Source of the DNA: Deltaproteobacteria bacterium
GTDB taxonomy: Bacteria; JAGRBM01; JAHCIT01
Assembly: GCA_026129095.1 (NCBI GenBank)
Contig: JAHCIT010000006.1
Location: 128,235-192,234, forward strand
DNA: 64,000 bases
Direction of reading: 5' to 3'
Position numbers and translations under genes: made by a program. Shown here piece after piece: positions 26,643-36,752 of this stretch; position 1 is the first letter of the stretch; each line of letters starts with the position of its first letter. Under the pieces are notes generated by a model that did no database searches, was not told where the DNA came from, and was given only the letters and a program-made list of their open reading frames with translations.

Positions 26643-29600
26643 TCAGCCTGTTCCCTGCCGGGAAGCGATCAGTTCCCGTATCCGCTCGTCGGACTTGCGG
26701 AGCCGTGCCGTGAGAACGGCAAAAACCCCGCGGGAAATCTCGGGCCGGTCGACGAGGATCTCGAAAAAATCCTCCTGCGTGATGCGAAGCGCGAGCAGCG
26801 GTTCGGTGGCCGCCACGGATGCCGAGCGCATGGCATTGTCCAGGATCGCCATCTCGCCGAAGCACTCGCCGGGACCGAGCTCGGCGAGGTCGTTCCCGCC
26901 CAGATAGACCCGGACCTTGCCGTGTACAATGAGGTACAGCGCATCGCCGGGATCGCCCGCCTCGAATACGGTCTGGCCCGCCTCGTAGGTGACGGCATGG
27001 GCCGCCTCTGCCAGGCCGACGAGATCATCTCCGGCGACCTGCTGGAACAGCGATACGCCCTTCAGGAACAGGACCCGTTCAAGAGTGGTAAGCATGCGGT
27101 ATGGACCTCCAGGCAGGCTGCGGGACTGATCGTGCTCGATCACCCGCCGGACGCGCCATTTCCGGGCGGCCTCCAGCAGGGAACCGGCCGAACTGCCGTC
27201 ACCGGCAGCGGCAAAATAGAGTTCTTCGATGACAAGCGGCGACAGGAAACTGTCATCTGCCGGCAACCCTGACTGCGCCGCACGGGGCAGGGAACGTACC
27301 CAGACAGCCGCCAGATATGGATCGCTGCCGCCCGTCAGGAACCGGCGTGCCGCCGCCTCATCCTCGGCAAACCGGGGATACCTGTCCCGAAGCGCCTCGT
27401 ATGCTTCACCGCGCGACTGGGGATCAATCAGCGGAACGATCCAGCTCCGGTCGTCCTGATCGAGCAGGTTGTCGAGTGCCTCAATGGCCGTGCCGGCACG
27501 GATGCGGTCGCCGCTCTCGATCCCGTACCGTATCCTCGATATCGATTCATAAGGATATTTCAGCCTGAGCAGGGAGAATACCCGCCGCCAGCAGAAGCGG
27601 ATCCGCTGCTCGACCGCTTCCGACAGGAGCCTGTCACCATCCTCCAGATACTGCATGCGGGACAGCCAGCGGCAGGCCGTTTCACCCTCCAGAGACAGAA
27701 GACGGTTGATCTCGGCCCGCGCCACCGGGAGTTTCCATCTTTCACGAAGACGCGCGACATGGTGGAGCACTTGGGTGCGGAGACTCTCGTCCGGTGTACC
27801 TGCAACATTCCACAGGATTTCGGCGGCGCCCGGCCGGTCAATCCGGCGGATGAGCTGCGGTATCCGGAGCCGCGTGTCGACCGGGAGGCTGTTATCCTGC
27901 AGTGCTCCGCCCAGTCCGTCCATCGCCGCCTCGCCATACCGTTCGATTGCCCCGGCAGCGACCGAACGCAGGTGGAAATCCCCCAGCGCGTCGATAAGGC
28001 GGGGAAGCAGTCTCGGATTGGCGAGTTTTCCGGCGGCAGCGAAAGCCTCCCGGCGGACGACGGTGGATGCGTCATCCATCAGTCCGAGCAACGAACGGCC
28101 GAAGGCCTTCACCTCCGATTCGCCGATGATCCGGGCAGCCCGGATTCTCTCGTTGTCGCCTCCCGACAGCAGCCGCCGGATGTGGTCGGCCGAGGCCAGG
28201 ACTCCCTCCAGTCCGGCATTCCGGATCAGGGAAACCACGGCGGCATCGATTTCACCGGGATCGCCTTTCAGAAAGATGCGGCCAAACCGCTCGATTGCCT
28301 CCTCGCTCCGCAAGGCACCATAGGCCGCGATGGCCGCAAGGCGGACTTCTGGATCGGGGTCATCCAGAAACGGTTCGACCCTTGCTGGCGGGACATCAGC
28401 CCCCTGTATCCGGCGAAGGGCGAATCCTCTCCGGGCGGGATCGCCCAGCAGGGATTCCAGCACAGGGCCCGCCTGCGCCGGCGCGATTTCCCTCAGTTCG
28501 TCCAGGGCGAAGCCGGCCTGGAAATCGTTTCCGGTCCTGATGCTCGCCGTCAGCTCGCGGATGATCTCGGGTGTCGCTGCCAGATGAATCTCCCCGGTTT
28601 CCAGCCGCCGCCGGGCGAGCGACTGGACCAGCGAATCGAGATACCGCTTCCGGAGGACCGCCACCGTCACGATCCACAGGGCGATGAGTGGCAGGGCCAC
28701 CCAGGCGAGCCGGACCGGGCCAAGACCCACGCCGATCGCGGCCACGAGGAGCCCGCCCACGCCGTAGCCCACCGGCTTCACGACGCCCTCGATCAGCGAT
28801 TTCAGCCGGGCCTTCACCTGCGGACCGAACGGATAGTACAGAAGCTGGATCGCCGAATCGTTGATCGTGAACTGGAATGCATTGTCGCTGAACTTGATGG
28901 CGGTCGCCGCCGCAAGGCTCCCTGCCGTGAGCCACAGCCAGAGGTTCCCCGCCCCCATGAGGACCGGCATCACGATCAGGCCCGCCGCCATGCCGAACGC
29001 CGCCAGCAGCCGGGACGAGACAAAAAACTGGAACACGAACGCCAGCGCGCCAGTGGCCCCGTTAAAGAGGGCGAAGTAGGCGGCCAGCTTCTCGCCCGTA
29101 TAGTGCTCCCGTGCGATCACCTTGAACTGGTAATCGCCGATGGTGGCGACCGTGTAGGTGACGATGAACAGCGCCACGATCCATCCGACATAGGCCGATC
29201 GCCAGAGGGCTGCTGCCGGGGCTGCTCCACTCACCCGCGTGGCCGGTGCGGCCCGGACAAACCGCCGGCCGGTCACGGTGATGGTCCAGGCGGTGAGCAC
29301 CAGCAGTCCGGCGATGATAAGCAGGATGGCGCTCGTGCCGGTCATGCCGACCACGGCTCCGACCGCGAGACCACAGAAGACGGTCCCGATCATCCGCCCG
29401 CTGCCAATCACGCCAAACAGCCGTTTGGCTTCCCTGGGGTCGTGCAAGTCGCCCGACAGGGTCCAGAACTGCACAAGCAGGAGATTCGAGCTGATCTCCA
29501 CGAACACGTACAGTCCCGCCACCGCCGGACGGAACCCGATCAGTTCGATCAGCGCCCAGGCCAGCCCGTATACGCCCGCGACGGCGAGCGCGAATCCGGC

Positions 29601-29873
29601 ATTGAGACGGTCCCGGCGGTACCGGTCCGCCACCGCGGCGTAAAGCGGCACCACTGCCGCTGATACTGCGGCATAGGCCACCGACATCCACGGGAGCCAT
29701 CGCGTCGGGTAGGTGTCGAGGAAAAGGGCGTCCCGGGCGGTCCTGCCGGCCGTGAAAATCACTCCGACCAGAAACAGGTACAGGAACAGCAATAGTGTCC
29801 GGGGGAGTTCTCCCGGCCGGATGTTGAGCCTTTCAGTCAGGCCGGAATGCGTACCCGGCGGGTGCTGGTTCAC
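26643..29873 (-). CDS. Npt/TLC (nucleotide-transporter-like) MFS domain, HEAT repeats and cyclic-nucleotide-binding domain
   Basis: NIRPGE..R, ARDALFL, QFW......REAKRLFG, DYQFK, LLY.P, HEAT-like DPDPEVRLAA repeats, FGEMAILD...RSAS. Confidence 0.88.
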   Translation of the reverse strand: MNQHPPGTHSGLTERLNIRPGELPRTLLLFLYLFLVGVIFTAGRTARDALFLDTYPTRWLPWMSVAYAAVSAAVVPLYAAVADRYRRDRLNAGFALAVAGVYGLAWALIELIGFRPAVAGLYVFVEISSNLLLVQFWTLSGDLHDPREAKRLFGVIGSGRMIGTVFCGLAVGAVVGMTGTSAILLIIAGLLVLTAWTITVTGRRFVRAAPATRVSGAAPAAALWRSAYVGWIVALFIVTYTVATIGDYQFKVIAREHYTGEKLAAYFALFNGATGALAFVFQFFVSSRLLAAFGMAAGLIVMPVLMGAGNLWLWLTAGSLAAATAIKFSDNAFQFTINDSAIQLLYYPFGPQVKARLKSLIEGVVKPVGYGVGGLLVAAIGVGLGPVRLAWVALPLIALWIVTVAVLRKRYLDSLVQSLARRRLETGEIHLAATPEIIRELTASIRTGNDFQAGFALDELREIAPAQAGPVLESLLGDPARRGFALRRIQGADVPPARVEPFLDDPDPEVRLAAIAAYGALRSEEAIERFGRIFLKGDPGEIDAAVVSLIRNAGLEGVLASADHIRRLLSGGDNERIRAARIIGESEVKAFGRSLLGLMDDASTVVRREAFAAAGKLANPRLLPRLIDALGDFHLRSVAAGAIERYGEAAMDGLGGALQDNSLPVDTRLRIPQLIRRIDRPGAAEILWNVAGTPDESLRTQVLHHVARLRERWKLPVARAEINRLLSLEGETACRWLSRMQYLEDGDRLLSEAVEQRIRFCWRRVFSLLRLKYPYESISRIRYGIESGDRIRAGTAIEALDNLLDQDDRSWIVPLIDPQSRGEAYEALRDRYPRFAEDEAAARRFLTGGSDPYLAAVWVRSLPRAAQSGLPADDSFLSPLVIEELYFAAAGDGSSAGSLLEAARKWRVRRVIEHDQSRSLPGGPYRMLTTLERVLFLKGVSLFQQVAGDDLVGLAEAAHAVTYEAGQTVFEAGDPGDALYLIVHGKVRVYLGGNDLAELGPGECFGEMAILDNAMRSASVAATEPLLALRITQEDFFEILVDRPEISRGVFAVLTARLRKSDERIRELIASRQGTG

Positions 29874-29921
29874 GAGGGTTCAGGCTAGGAGGTTTGCCAC
29901 GGGTCGCCAATGACCGGCGTC

Positions 29922-31049
29922 CTATTCCCCGACCCGGTTCCTGCCCGCGTTCTTGGCCCGGTAGAGTCCCTGATCGGCCAGTTCCAGAAGTGCCTCCGGA
30001 TCGTTGTGCTCACCCGTATGCTGGGCGACCCCGAGGCTGATGGTCTGGCGCAGTTCAAGGCCGTTCTGGCTGAAGACCGTCTCCTCGACAGCCCTGCGGA
30101 GACGCTCGGCGAGGCGGCGGCCGCCAGTGATGTCAGTTGAGGGAAGCAGGATGACAAACTCCTCGCCGCCGTACCGGGCGAACACATCGCCCGTCCGGAG
30201 GAGTGGACGGATCACCTGCGATACCCCTTTCAGGATTTCGTCCCCCGTCCGGTGGCCGAATTCGTCATTGACCCGCTTGAAGTGGTCCAGGTCCAGCATG
30301 ATCAGGCTGAGCGGCTGCCGGTGCCGTCCGGCGAGGCGGAACTGCTCCTCCAACCGCTCGCTGAAGTAGCGCCGGTTCCCGGCCCCTGTCAGGGGATCAT
30401 AGTGCGCCGAACGCTTGAGGATCTCATTCTGGTCAAGGATCTGCTTTTGCGCGTCGTATTCCCGGTGGCGATGGAGTTCGAGAACATGCATGCCGGCAAC
30501 GGCCAGCCCGAAAAGGACCGGCATCGGCTCGTTCGCCTGCAGAATCTGGTACACTGTAAACGGGTTTGGCCAGAAGATCTGCGGTATGAGATTGGCGCAA
30601 AGCATGGCCGCAAAGTAGAGAAAATTGTCGCGGGCGCCGCCCGGCATCATGATCATCCAGCCGAGGAAGACGGCCGCCGTGTGCCCGGCTGCGGCTCCCA
30701 TGACGCCGCTCGTGATGTAGATCCAGCGGTCATAGCCAAGCAGCATCAGCAGCATCATCACCAGTCCCCAGCGCCGGGACTGGAACTGTCCCAGCGGAAC
30801 GGTGCTGGCCCGCCAGGCGAGCAGGAAGAAGCAGGCCGATATCGCAATCCGGTACAGGGTTGCCTTGTCGTGCCCCGCAGACGGGATTTCAGGATAAAGG
30901 AATCGCCCGGTCAGTGCGATGAACAGGTAGCCAACGCCACCGATGGCCGAAAAAATGCGGAACCGCTCCTGCGCCACTCGGCGGGAGTAGTCATCGAACG
31001 TGGAGGGTAGGTCGTCCCCCTCCGGGACGATTTCGCCAGTCGGGACCAT
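29922..31049 (-). CDS. Membrane-anchored diguanylate cyclase
   Basis: 5-6 TM helices, DPLTG, MLDLDHFKRVND, RTGD I-site, RYGGEEF, GRNR. Start uncertain. Confidence 0.9.
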   Translation of the reverse strand: MVPTGEIVPEGDDLPSTFDDYSRRVAQERFRIFSAIGGVGYLFIALTGRFLYPEIPSAGHDKATLYRIAISACFFLLAWRASTVPLGQFQSRRWGLVMMLLMLLGYDRWIYITSGVMGAAAGHTAAVFLGWMIMMPGGARDNFLYFAAMLCANLIPQIFWPNPFTVYQILQANEPMPVLFGLAVAGMHVLELHRHREYDAQKQILDQNEILKRSAHYDPLTGAGNRRYFSERLEEQFRLAGRHRQPLSLIMLDLDHFKRVNDEFGHRTGDEILKGVSQVIRPLLRTGDVFARYGGEEFVILLPSTDITGGRRLAERLRRAVEETVFSQNGLELRQTISLGVAQHTGEHNDPEALLELADQGLYRAKNAGRNRVGE

Positions 31050-31092
31050 TCGGTTTGGAGAAACTGTAACCGGTTCCGGTGCAGGGCTCCAG

Positions 31093-31563
31093 CTATTTCT
31101 GCGTATCCCCGCCGTACCGGTGCAGGCGCGGGAAGTTGAGCACATGCACCAGAACCCCGGCACCGAGATAGGGAAGGAACAGGGGGAAGTTCCCGGCAAG
31201 AATCATCATGACAAACCCCATGAGAACCCCGGCCTCGCCAAGCCCCCAGCTGACGGCAAGCACCATTTTGCCTGTCTTCACCTGCTCCTCCGGAGTCTGG
31301 TGCAGGGCCCTGACCTTCTCGGGTGACTTGAGATAACGCGGAAGGGCCAGCGCCAGCAGCCAGAGCACAAGGGCTGACACGTTGAGCGTTGACTGCACCG
31401 CGGGAGCCAGCCGGACTTCCGTACCCGCCAGTCCCTGGCTGACCACAAACCAGCCCACTACGGCAAAAAGAAGCATGCTGGAGAGGATTGCTCCCCAGAG
31501 GATGATCTCGACATTCGGCTGCATTGCCGGGATGGGGCTTCCGGGACGATGCCTGTCGTTCAT
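31093..31563 (-). CDS. Hypothetical 4-TM membrane protein
   Basis: Four hydrophobic segments, W.LGE motif, co-oriented within the operon. Confidence 0.65.
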   Translation of the reverse strand: MNDRHRPGSPIPAMQPNVEIILWGAILSSMLLFAVVGWFVVSQGLAGTEVRLAPAVQSTLNVSALVLWLLALALPRYLKSPEKVRALHQTPEEQVKTGKMVLAVSWGLGEAGVLMGFVMMILAGNFPLFLPYLGAGVLVHVLNFPRLHRYGGDTQK

Positions 31564-31575
31564 GGGACCCGCCTC

Positions 31576-31926
31576 TCAGCGTTTTTTCCGGTTCAGGGGT
31601 CTTCCGTCTTCGTCCAGCGGCTCGAACAGCCCTATGAACTGCTGCACCCGGGCCTCGAGCCCGGTCTCCCGGTAGATGGCGCTCACCTGCCGCACCGTAA
31701 CCCGGGCGAGGAGTTCCTGCGGGATGGCGAGGTTCGACACTTCCTTCAGCTCACGGGCTGCACCGTCGGAATCGCCTTCCGTGTAAAGCCGCCGCGCCCG
31801 GTCGAGCTTGCGGTTGATCACCGCCTCGGCCAGCCGGTGCCGGAATATCCAGTAACCCGCCGTCGCCGCCACGAGGCCGGCAGCGAATGCGGCACCCATC
31901 ACACTCCACGAGCAGGTTCCCGTCAT
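31576..31926 (-). CDS. Hypothetical single-TM protein
   Basis: N-terminal TM then helical region; fills the gap in the operon. Confidence 0.55.
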   Translation of the reverse strand: MTGTCSWSVMGAAFAAGLVAATAGYWIFRHRLAEAVINRKLDRARRLYTEGDSDGAARELKEVSNLAIPQELLARVTVRQVSAIYRETGLEARVQQFIGLFEPLDEDGRPLNRKKR

Positions 31927-31968
31927 GGCGTCCTTATATCACATGCTGCAGAAGCAGTAACAGCAGTC

Positions 31969-33174
31969 CTACTCGTACCGCAGTGCCTCGATCGGATCGA
32001 GCGATGCGGCCTCCCTCGCCGGATAGACGCCCGATATGAGGCCGACGGCGATGGAAAATCCGAGCGCAAGCGCCACATGGCCCGCCGACATGGTCGCCGG
32101 AAATGCAGGTGCTGCCAGCGCGAGAATGCCTATACCGATGCCACCCACCATAACGCCGATCAGTCCGCCCACGCCGCTGATGGTGGCGGCTTCGATCACG
32201 AACTGGATCATGATATCGCGCCGGGATGCACCGACCGCCTTCCGGACGCCGATCTCCCGGGTCCGCTCGGTGACTGACACCAGCATGATGTTCATGATCC
32301 CGATGCCGCCGACGATGAGCGAGATCGAAGCGACTCCCGCCAGCAGGTAGGTGAGCACCTTCATCACGCGATCCATTGCGCCCAGGATCGCATCCTGCGT
32401 CGTGATCGTGAAATCCTCCTTGTTGCGGTGCCGGTCCATGAGCACCCGGCGGATATCCTCGATCGCCGTGGGCATCATCTCCTTGGACGCCGCCTTGGCA
32501 AATATCTGCGTGACCGAATCGGTCTTGAAGACGGTCATCGCCGCACCGACTGGAATAAGTGCGATCTCGTCCATGTCGAATCCGAGGGATGTTCCCTTGG
32601 GCTGCATGATTCCGATCACCCGGAACTTGGTCTCTCCGATCTTGATGAACTGTCCGAGCACCTGCCCGGTGCCGAACAGTTCCTGGGCCAGCTTGTAGCC
32701 GATCGCCACGTAGTTCCGGCCGGCATCCACCTCCTCCTTCGTGAAAAACCGGCCCTGCGCCACATAAAAATCGCGGATGTCGGGATAGTCCTCGCTCGCG
32801 CCGACGATCCGTGTCGTCCGGCCCCGGTTTTCCACTTTGACGTCGGTTGACGAAAAGATGATCGGCGTGGACTTGATCACCGAACGGGTCCGCTGGGTGA
32901 GCGCCCACGAATCCTCAAGGGTCAGCTTTTCCGGCGCAAGCCCTGTCACCGGAGGCCCGCCGGTTGTCTCGCGCTTACCCGGAGAAATGATGATCAGGTT
33001 CGTCCCCAGGTTGGCGAACTTCTCCTGGACAAAGATCCGCGCCCCGTCGCCGAGGGAGACGAGCCACAGGACGCTGGTGACGCCAATAATGACGCCGAGC
33101 ATGTTGAGTCCTGACCGGAGCCGGTTCGACGTGATCGAATCGGTCGCCATGTTCACGCTCTCGAAAATGTCCAC
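31969..33174 (-). CDS. MacB/FtsX-type ABC transporter permease
   Basis: NRLRS.L.MLG.IIG, LGTNLI, VGGIGIMNIMLVSVTERTREIGVRKAVGA, LDPIEALRYE. Confidence 0.93.
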   Translation of the reverse strand: MDIFESVNMATDSITSNRLRSGLNMLGVIIGVTSVLWLVSLGDGARIFVQEKFANLGTNLIIISPGKRETTGGPPVTGLAPEKLTLEDSWALTQRTRSVIKSTPIIFSSTDVKVENRGRTTRIVGASEDYPDIRDFYVAQGRFFTKEEVDAGRNYVAIGYKLAQELFGTGQVLGQFIKIGETKFRVIGIMQPKGTSLGFDMDEIALIPVGAAMTVFKTDSVTQIFAKAASKEMMPTAIEDIRRVLMDRHRNKEDFTITTQDAILGAMDRVMKVLTYLLAGVASISLIVGGIGIMNIMLVSVTERTREIGVRKAVGASRRDIMIQFVIEAATISGVGGLIGVMVGGIGIGILALAAPAFPATMSAGHVALALGFSIAVGLISGVYPAREAASLDPIEALRYE

Positions 33175-33194
33175 CGTCCGCGATACTCCGTCCG

Positions 33195-34403
33195 CTATTC
33201 GTATCTCAGGGCTTCAACGGGGTCTTTCGCCGCCGCCGACCAGGCCGGATAAACCCCGGCGATAACTCCGATGGCCCCCGTGAAGCCCATCGCCAGCGTC
33301 ACGTTCCAGACGCTGACCTGAACGGGAAGCCCCGGTATGTACAGGAAGAACGCACCCACCACCAGCGCGGCGCCTGCCAGTCCGATCAGGCCGCCCACGG
33401 CCGAAACGGTCATCGATTCGACCAGGAACTGCATGAGAATATCCCGGCGTGAGGCTCCCACTGCCTTGCGAAGCCCGATCTCCAGTGTCCGGCGCTTCAC
33501 CGAAACGAGCATGATGTTCATGATCCCGACTCCGCCCACCAGCAGGGATATCGAGGCGATGCCGAACAGGACGTAGGTGAGGTAGCGGGTAATCTCGTCC
33601 AGCCGGTCGATCATGTCCTTCTGGGTATCGATCGTGAAGTCTTCCTTGCCGTCATGGCGTTCCATCAGCACCCGCCGGATATCGGCCGCCGCCCGGTCAA
33701 TAGCGGCCGCCGAACTGGACCGTGCGCTCGCCTGGATCGACATGATCTTGTCGGTCTGGAAAATCCGCATCGCCGCCCGCACCGGTACCAGCACCAGATC
33801 GTCCATGTCGAAACCCATGTGCTCGCCCTTGGGCTCCATCAGGCCGATTACCCGGAACTTCACGTCGCCCACCTTGACGTGCTCGCCCAGGGGATTGCGC
33901 CGGCCGAACAGCTCGCGAGCGGCCGTCTGGCCGAGCAGGACGAAATTTCTTCCGGAGTCCGACTCCGCCTTGTTGAAGAACCGCCCCACGGACGGACCGA
34001 AATCCCTGACTGCCGGCCAGTGCTCGTTGGCCCCGATCACGAACAGGTTGCGCGACCGGTTGCCGTATTTGACCTCGACGGCGCCGATCACGATCGGCGT
34101 CACGCCGCTCAGGGACGGGACGCGCATCAGCATGTCGGAATCCTCGATGGTTAGCTGCTCCGGCGTGGAGGCGATGATCGGCGGGCCGCCCCGGGTCTCA
34201 AACTTGCCCGGCGTCACGATGATGAGATTGGTTCCGACGCCCGAAAACTCGTTGATGACGAACTGGCGGGCGCCTTCACCGATGGAGATGAGCAGGATAA
34301 CGCTCATCACGCCAACGATGATGCCAAGCATGTTGAGCAGCGACCGCCCCTTGTTCGCAGACAGGGACTGGGTAGCCATCGAGAAGGATTCGAATACGTC
34401 CAC
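33195..34403 (-). CDS. MacB/FtsX-type ABC transporter permease (paralogue)
   Basis: Same motifs, ending DPVEALRYE. GTG start at 34403 gives MDVFESFSMA, parallel to MDIFESVNMA in the neighbour. Confidence 0.92.
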   Translation of the reverse strand: MDVFESFSMATQSLSANKGRSLLNMLGIIVGVMSVILLISIGEGARQFVINEFSGVGTNLIIVTPGKFETRGGPPIIASTPEQLTIEDSDMLMRVPSLSGVTPIVIGAVEVKYGNRSRNLFVIGANEHWPAVRDFGPSVGRFFNKAESDSGRNFVLLGQTAARELFGRRNPLGEHVKVGDVKFRVIGLMEPKGEHMGFDMDDLVLVPVRAAMRIFQTDKIMSIQASARSSSAAAIDRAAADIRRVLMERHDGKEDFTIDTQKDMIDRLDEITRYLTYVLFGIASISLLVGGVGIMNIMLVSVKRRTLEIGLRKAVGASRRDILMQFLVESMTVSAVGGLIGLAGAALVVGAFFLYIPGLPVQVSVWNVTLAMGFTGAIGVIAGVYPAWSAAAKDPVEALRYE

Positions 34404-34425
34404 TTCCGGTCCGGCTCTCCCCCGC

Positions 34426-35418
34426 CTACCCAAGCCGCTGGCGGGCGGTTTCAAAAATGCGGGCCTCGCTCTCGTGAATCGACCGGAGCATTCCCGCCGC
34501 CTCGGCAAGGAGCGCTTCCGGACTGGCGCCTTCCAGCGCGGAGACAGTCTTGAACACCCCGGACAGCCGGGTCCACTGGGCCGCGACTTCACTCATCTCT
34601 GCGGAAAGCCCCGCCAGTTCCGGCACCAGACACCCGGCCTCCTCAAGGAAATCCGCATACATCTTCCGGAATGCTCCGCCGCCAGTCCCGCGCTTTTCGA
34701 TAATCTGGTAGGCGAAACGGGCCGACCACGAAAGGTCCGGGATCGCCGCCCACCCCGGAAGATCTGCCGCAGCCCGCTCCATGGCCGCCAGGCTGTCCGG
34801 ATGCCTGGGGTCCAGGAGCATCTCCGCCTGCGCCCGCACCGCCTCGCGCACGGGGCCGCTCCAGTCCGGCGGCGGATCCGGAAAGGCGATCTCGAACCAC
34901 GGGCTTCCGGCACCCATCGACGGCTGCGCCCTGGAACCACGGGCGCGGGCGAGCGATTCGAGCGGTTCCTCCTGTACCTCGTCGAACTCCGAATCGCTGA
35001 TCACGGCCGACTGTTTTTCCTCGTCGTAACCGAACACCACGATCTTGTGGGCGTTGAAGTGGGTCTTCGACTGGAAATAGCCAAGATCGAAGATATCGCA
35101 GTTCACGATCACCGGATGCCCATGGTCCAGTTCGTCACGCACCGGTTTCCACGGATCGCCGTCGGTGCAAACACGCAGCTTCCATTTCGCCCCGGAACGC
35201 CGGAGGAAGTCCTGCTCAAGCGAGTGATTTCGGGGGAAAAATGCCCGTGAGGGGCTCATGCCGGGCAGCACCACATACCGGAACGCAAGGCCCGCGCCGA
35301 GTCCGAGACAAAACGGTTCGGACAGTTTGAGGCCCCAGAACCGGCAGACGTTGGACAGCGCCGTCGAACCGCAGTGGTTGCCAGGGTGATGAACGTAGTT
35401 CCCGATGACTTTCCGCAA
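34426..35418 (-). CDS. BtrH-like (papain/C39-like fold) protein with DUF4872-like C-terminus
   Basis: HCGSTALSN (Cys), LSE...GLG.GL.F.Y, HFNAH.IVV.GYD, IEKRGTGGGAFR.MY..FL. Confidence 0.75.
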   Translation of the reverse strand: MRKVIGNYVHHPGNHCGSTALSNVCRFWGLKLSEPFCLGLGAGLAFRYVVLPGMSPSRAFFPRNHSLEQDFLRRSGAKWKLRVCTDGDPWKPVRDELDHGHPVIVNCDIFDLGYFQSKTHFNAHKIVVFGYDEEKQSAVISDSEFDEVQEEPLESLARARGSRAQPSMGAGSPWFEIAFPDPPPDWSGPVREAVRAQAEMLLDPRHPDSLAAMERAAADLPGWAAIPDLSWSARFAYQIIEKRGTGGGAFRKMYADFLEEAGCLVPELAGLSAEMSEVAAQWTRLSGVFKTVSALEGASPEALLAEAAGMLRSIHESEARIFETARQRLG

Positions 35419-35500
35419 CGGTTTTCCGGCCTCCGGAGGCAGTCTAGCGGCCCTTGACGGGGCTTCCCAATACGAAACGCTTTGCGCCGGCTGCCCGCTC

Positions 35501-35537
35501 TTGACAGACGGGACGCACTATTTCATCTTGCGCCCCG
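35501..35537 (+). promoter_or_regulatory. sigma70-type promoter for tRNA-Ala with a GC-rich discriminator
   Basis: TTGACA (35501-35506), 17 nt, CATCTT (35524-35529), then GCGCCCCG. Confidence 0.55.
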
Positions 35538-35587
35538 GCCGGAGGCACCTGTTCAAAGGTTCCTCCCGGTTCTCCCGCGTTAACGAT

Positions 35588-35664
35588 GGGGCTGTAGCTC
35601 AGTTTGGGAGAGCGCCACAATGGCATTGTGGAGGTCGTCGGTTCGATCCCGATCAGCTCCACCA
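35588..35664 (+). tRNA. tRNA-Ala (GGC)
   Basis: GGGGCTG/CAGCTCC acceptor stem, anticodon arm CCACA-ATGGCAT-TGTGG, GTTCGA T-loop, encoded CCA. Confidence 0.97.
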
Positions 35665-35709
35665 TCCTCTGATTATGTTTCTGGCCAGCCCCTCAGATAC
35701 ACTTTGCCC

Positions 35710-36750
35710 ATGAACTTCCACACGGGCTTCGACAATTTCGTCGGAATCATCACTGCGGCGCAGCAGAAAACCCTCAGCCGGAAGACGAACACCCTCCACT
35801 GGATAGACCGGTACCTGAACCGGAACCGTGAGGAACTCTTCCCGGCTCCGCGCCCGGAACCGGCCGTGCGAACCGGGCACACCCGCTCAATCGCCGGCTT
35901 TGACTACCAGACGCTCTTTTTTGAAAGCGACCATCTGCCGCTCGTCGAGGAAACCCTCGGCGACTACCGCAGGCATCACGGACCGCTGCACACGTTCAAG
36001 GCCCGCAAGGTGTCGCGCCGCGGTTTCAGTCCCCGGCGGGCCATTGTCCATGTCCACGGCTGGATGGAACCCGGCTCCATCCTGGAAGACGTGCTGGTGG
36101 GGCCGCTCATGTGCCGCGGCCTCGACGCTGACCTCTACCATTTCCAGTTGCCGCATCACGGCGAACGCCAGATCCGCGAATCGCGCTACGACGGGGCGAT
36201 GTTCGTCACGGCCGACCTGATGCTGACCTTTGAAGCGATCCGGCAGTCGGTCATGGATACCCGGACGGTCATCCAGCATGTGCTGAACCTGGGCATTTAT
36301 GACGAGGTGGGCGTCACCGGCATCAGTCTCGGGGCGATGGTCACGAAACTCACGGCCTGCACCGAGTCACGGATCTCCTGGGCCGTGCCGATCATCGGAC
36401 ATCTCGACCTGACCGACGTGATCGACAAGGCGCCCATCCTCGACGAGGTGAGAAAAGAGATGGCCTCCTTCGGCATCTCGACGCAGAAACTCGGTGAACT
36501 GATCGAACTGGTGGGCTTTACCCGCGTCATGCCGGTGATCCCCCACGAGCGGATCATCGTCGTCGCCGCCAGGGATGACGTGTTTGTCCGGGCCGACTCC
36601 ATGCGTCGGCAACTCGACCGCTGGCCCGGTGTGCAGGAGGTGTGGATCCCCGGCGGACACCTGACCTCGCTCATCCGCCTGCCCGGCCTCTTGCCGGACC
36701 TGCGCCGCCGCCTGGACCGCCTGCCAGCGAGGGCGGCGGGAAAACTGTAG
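35710..36750 (+). CDS. Alpha/beta hydrolase
   Basis: HVHGW, LPHHGER, GISLG nucleophile elbow, RDD, PGGH. Confidence 0.85.
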   Translation: MNFHTGFDNFVGIITAAQQKTLSRKTNTLHWIDRYLNRNREELFPAPRPEPAVRTGHTRSIAGFDYQTLFFESDHLPLVEETLGDYRRHHGPLHTFKARKVSRRGFSPRRAIVHVHGWMEPGSILEDVLVGPLMCRGLDADLYHFQLPHHGERQIRESRYDGAMFVTADLMLTFEAIRQSVMDTRTVIQHVLNLGIYDEVGVTGISLGAMVTKLTACTESRISWAVPIIGHLDLTDVIDKAPILDEVRKEMASFGISTQKLGELIELVGFTRVMPVIPHERIIVVAARDDVFVRADSMRRQLDRWPGVQEVWIPGGHLTSLIRLPGLLPDLRRRLDRLPARAAGKL

Positions 36751-36752
36751 GA

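Noticed and set aside
35620-35709. N-terminal extension of the hydrolase
   Set aside because: It overlaps tRNA-Ala; ATG 35710 is preferred.
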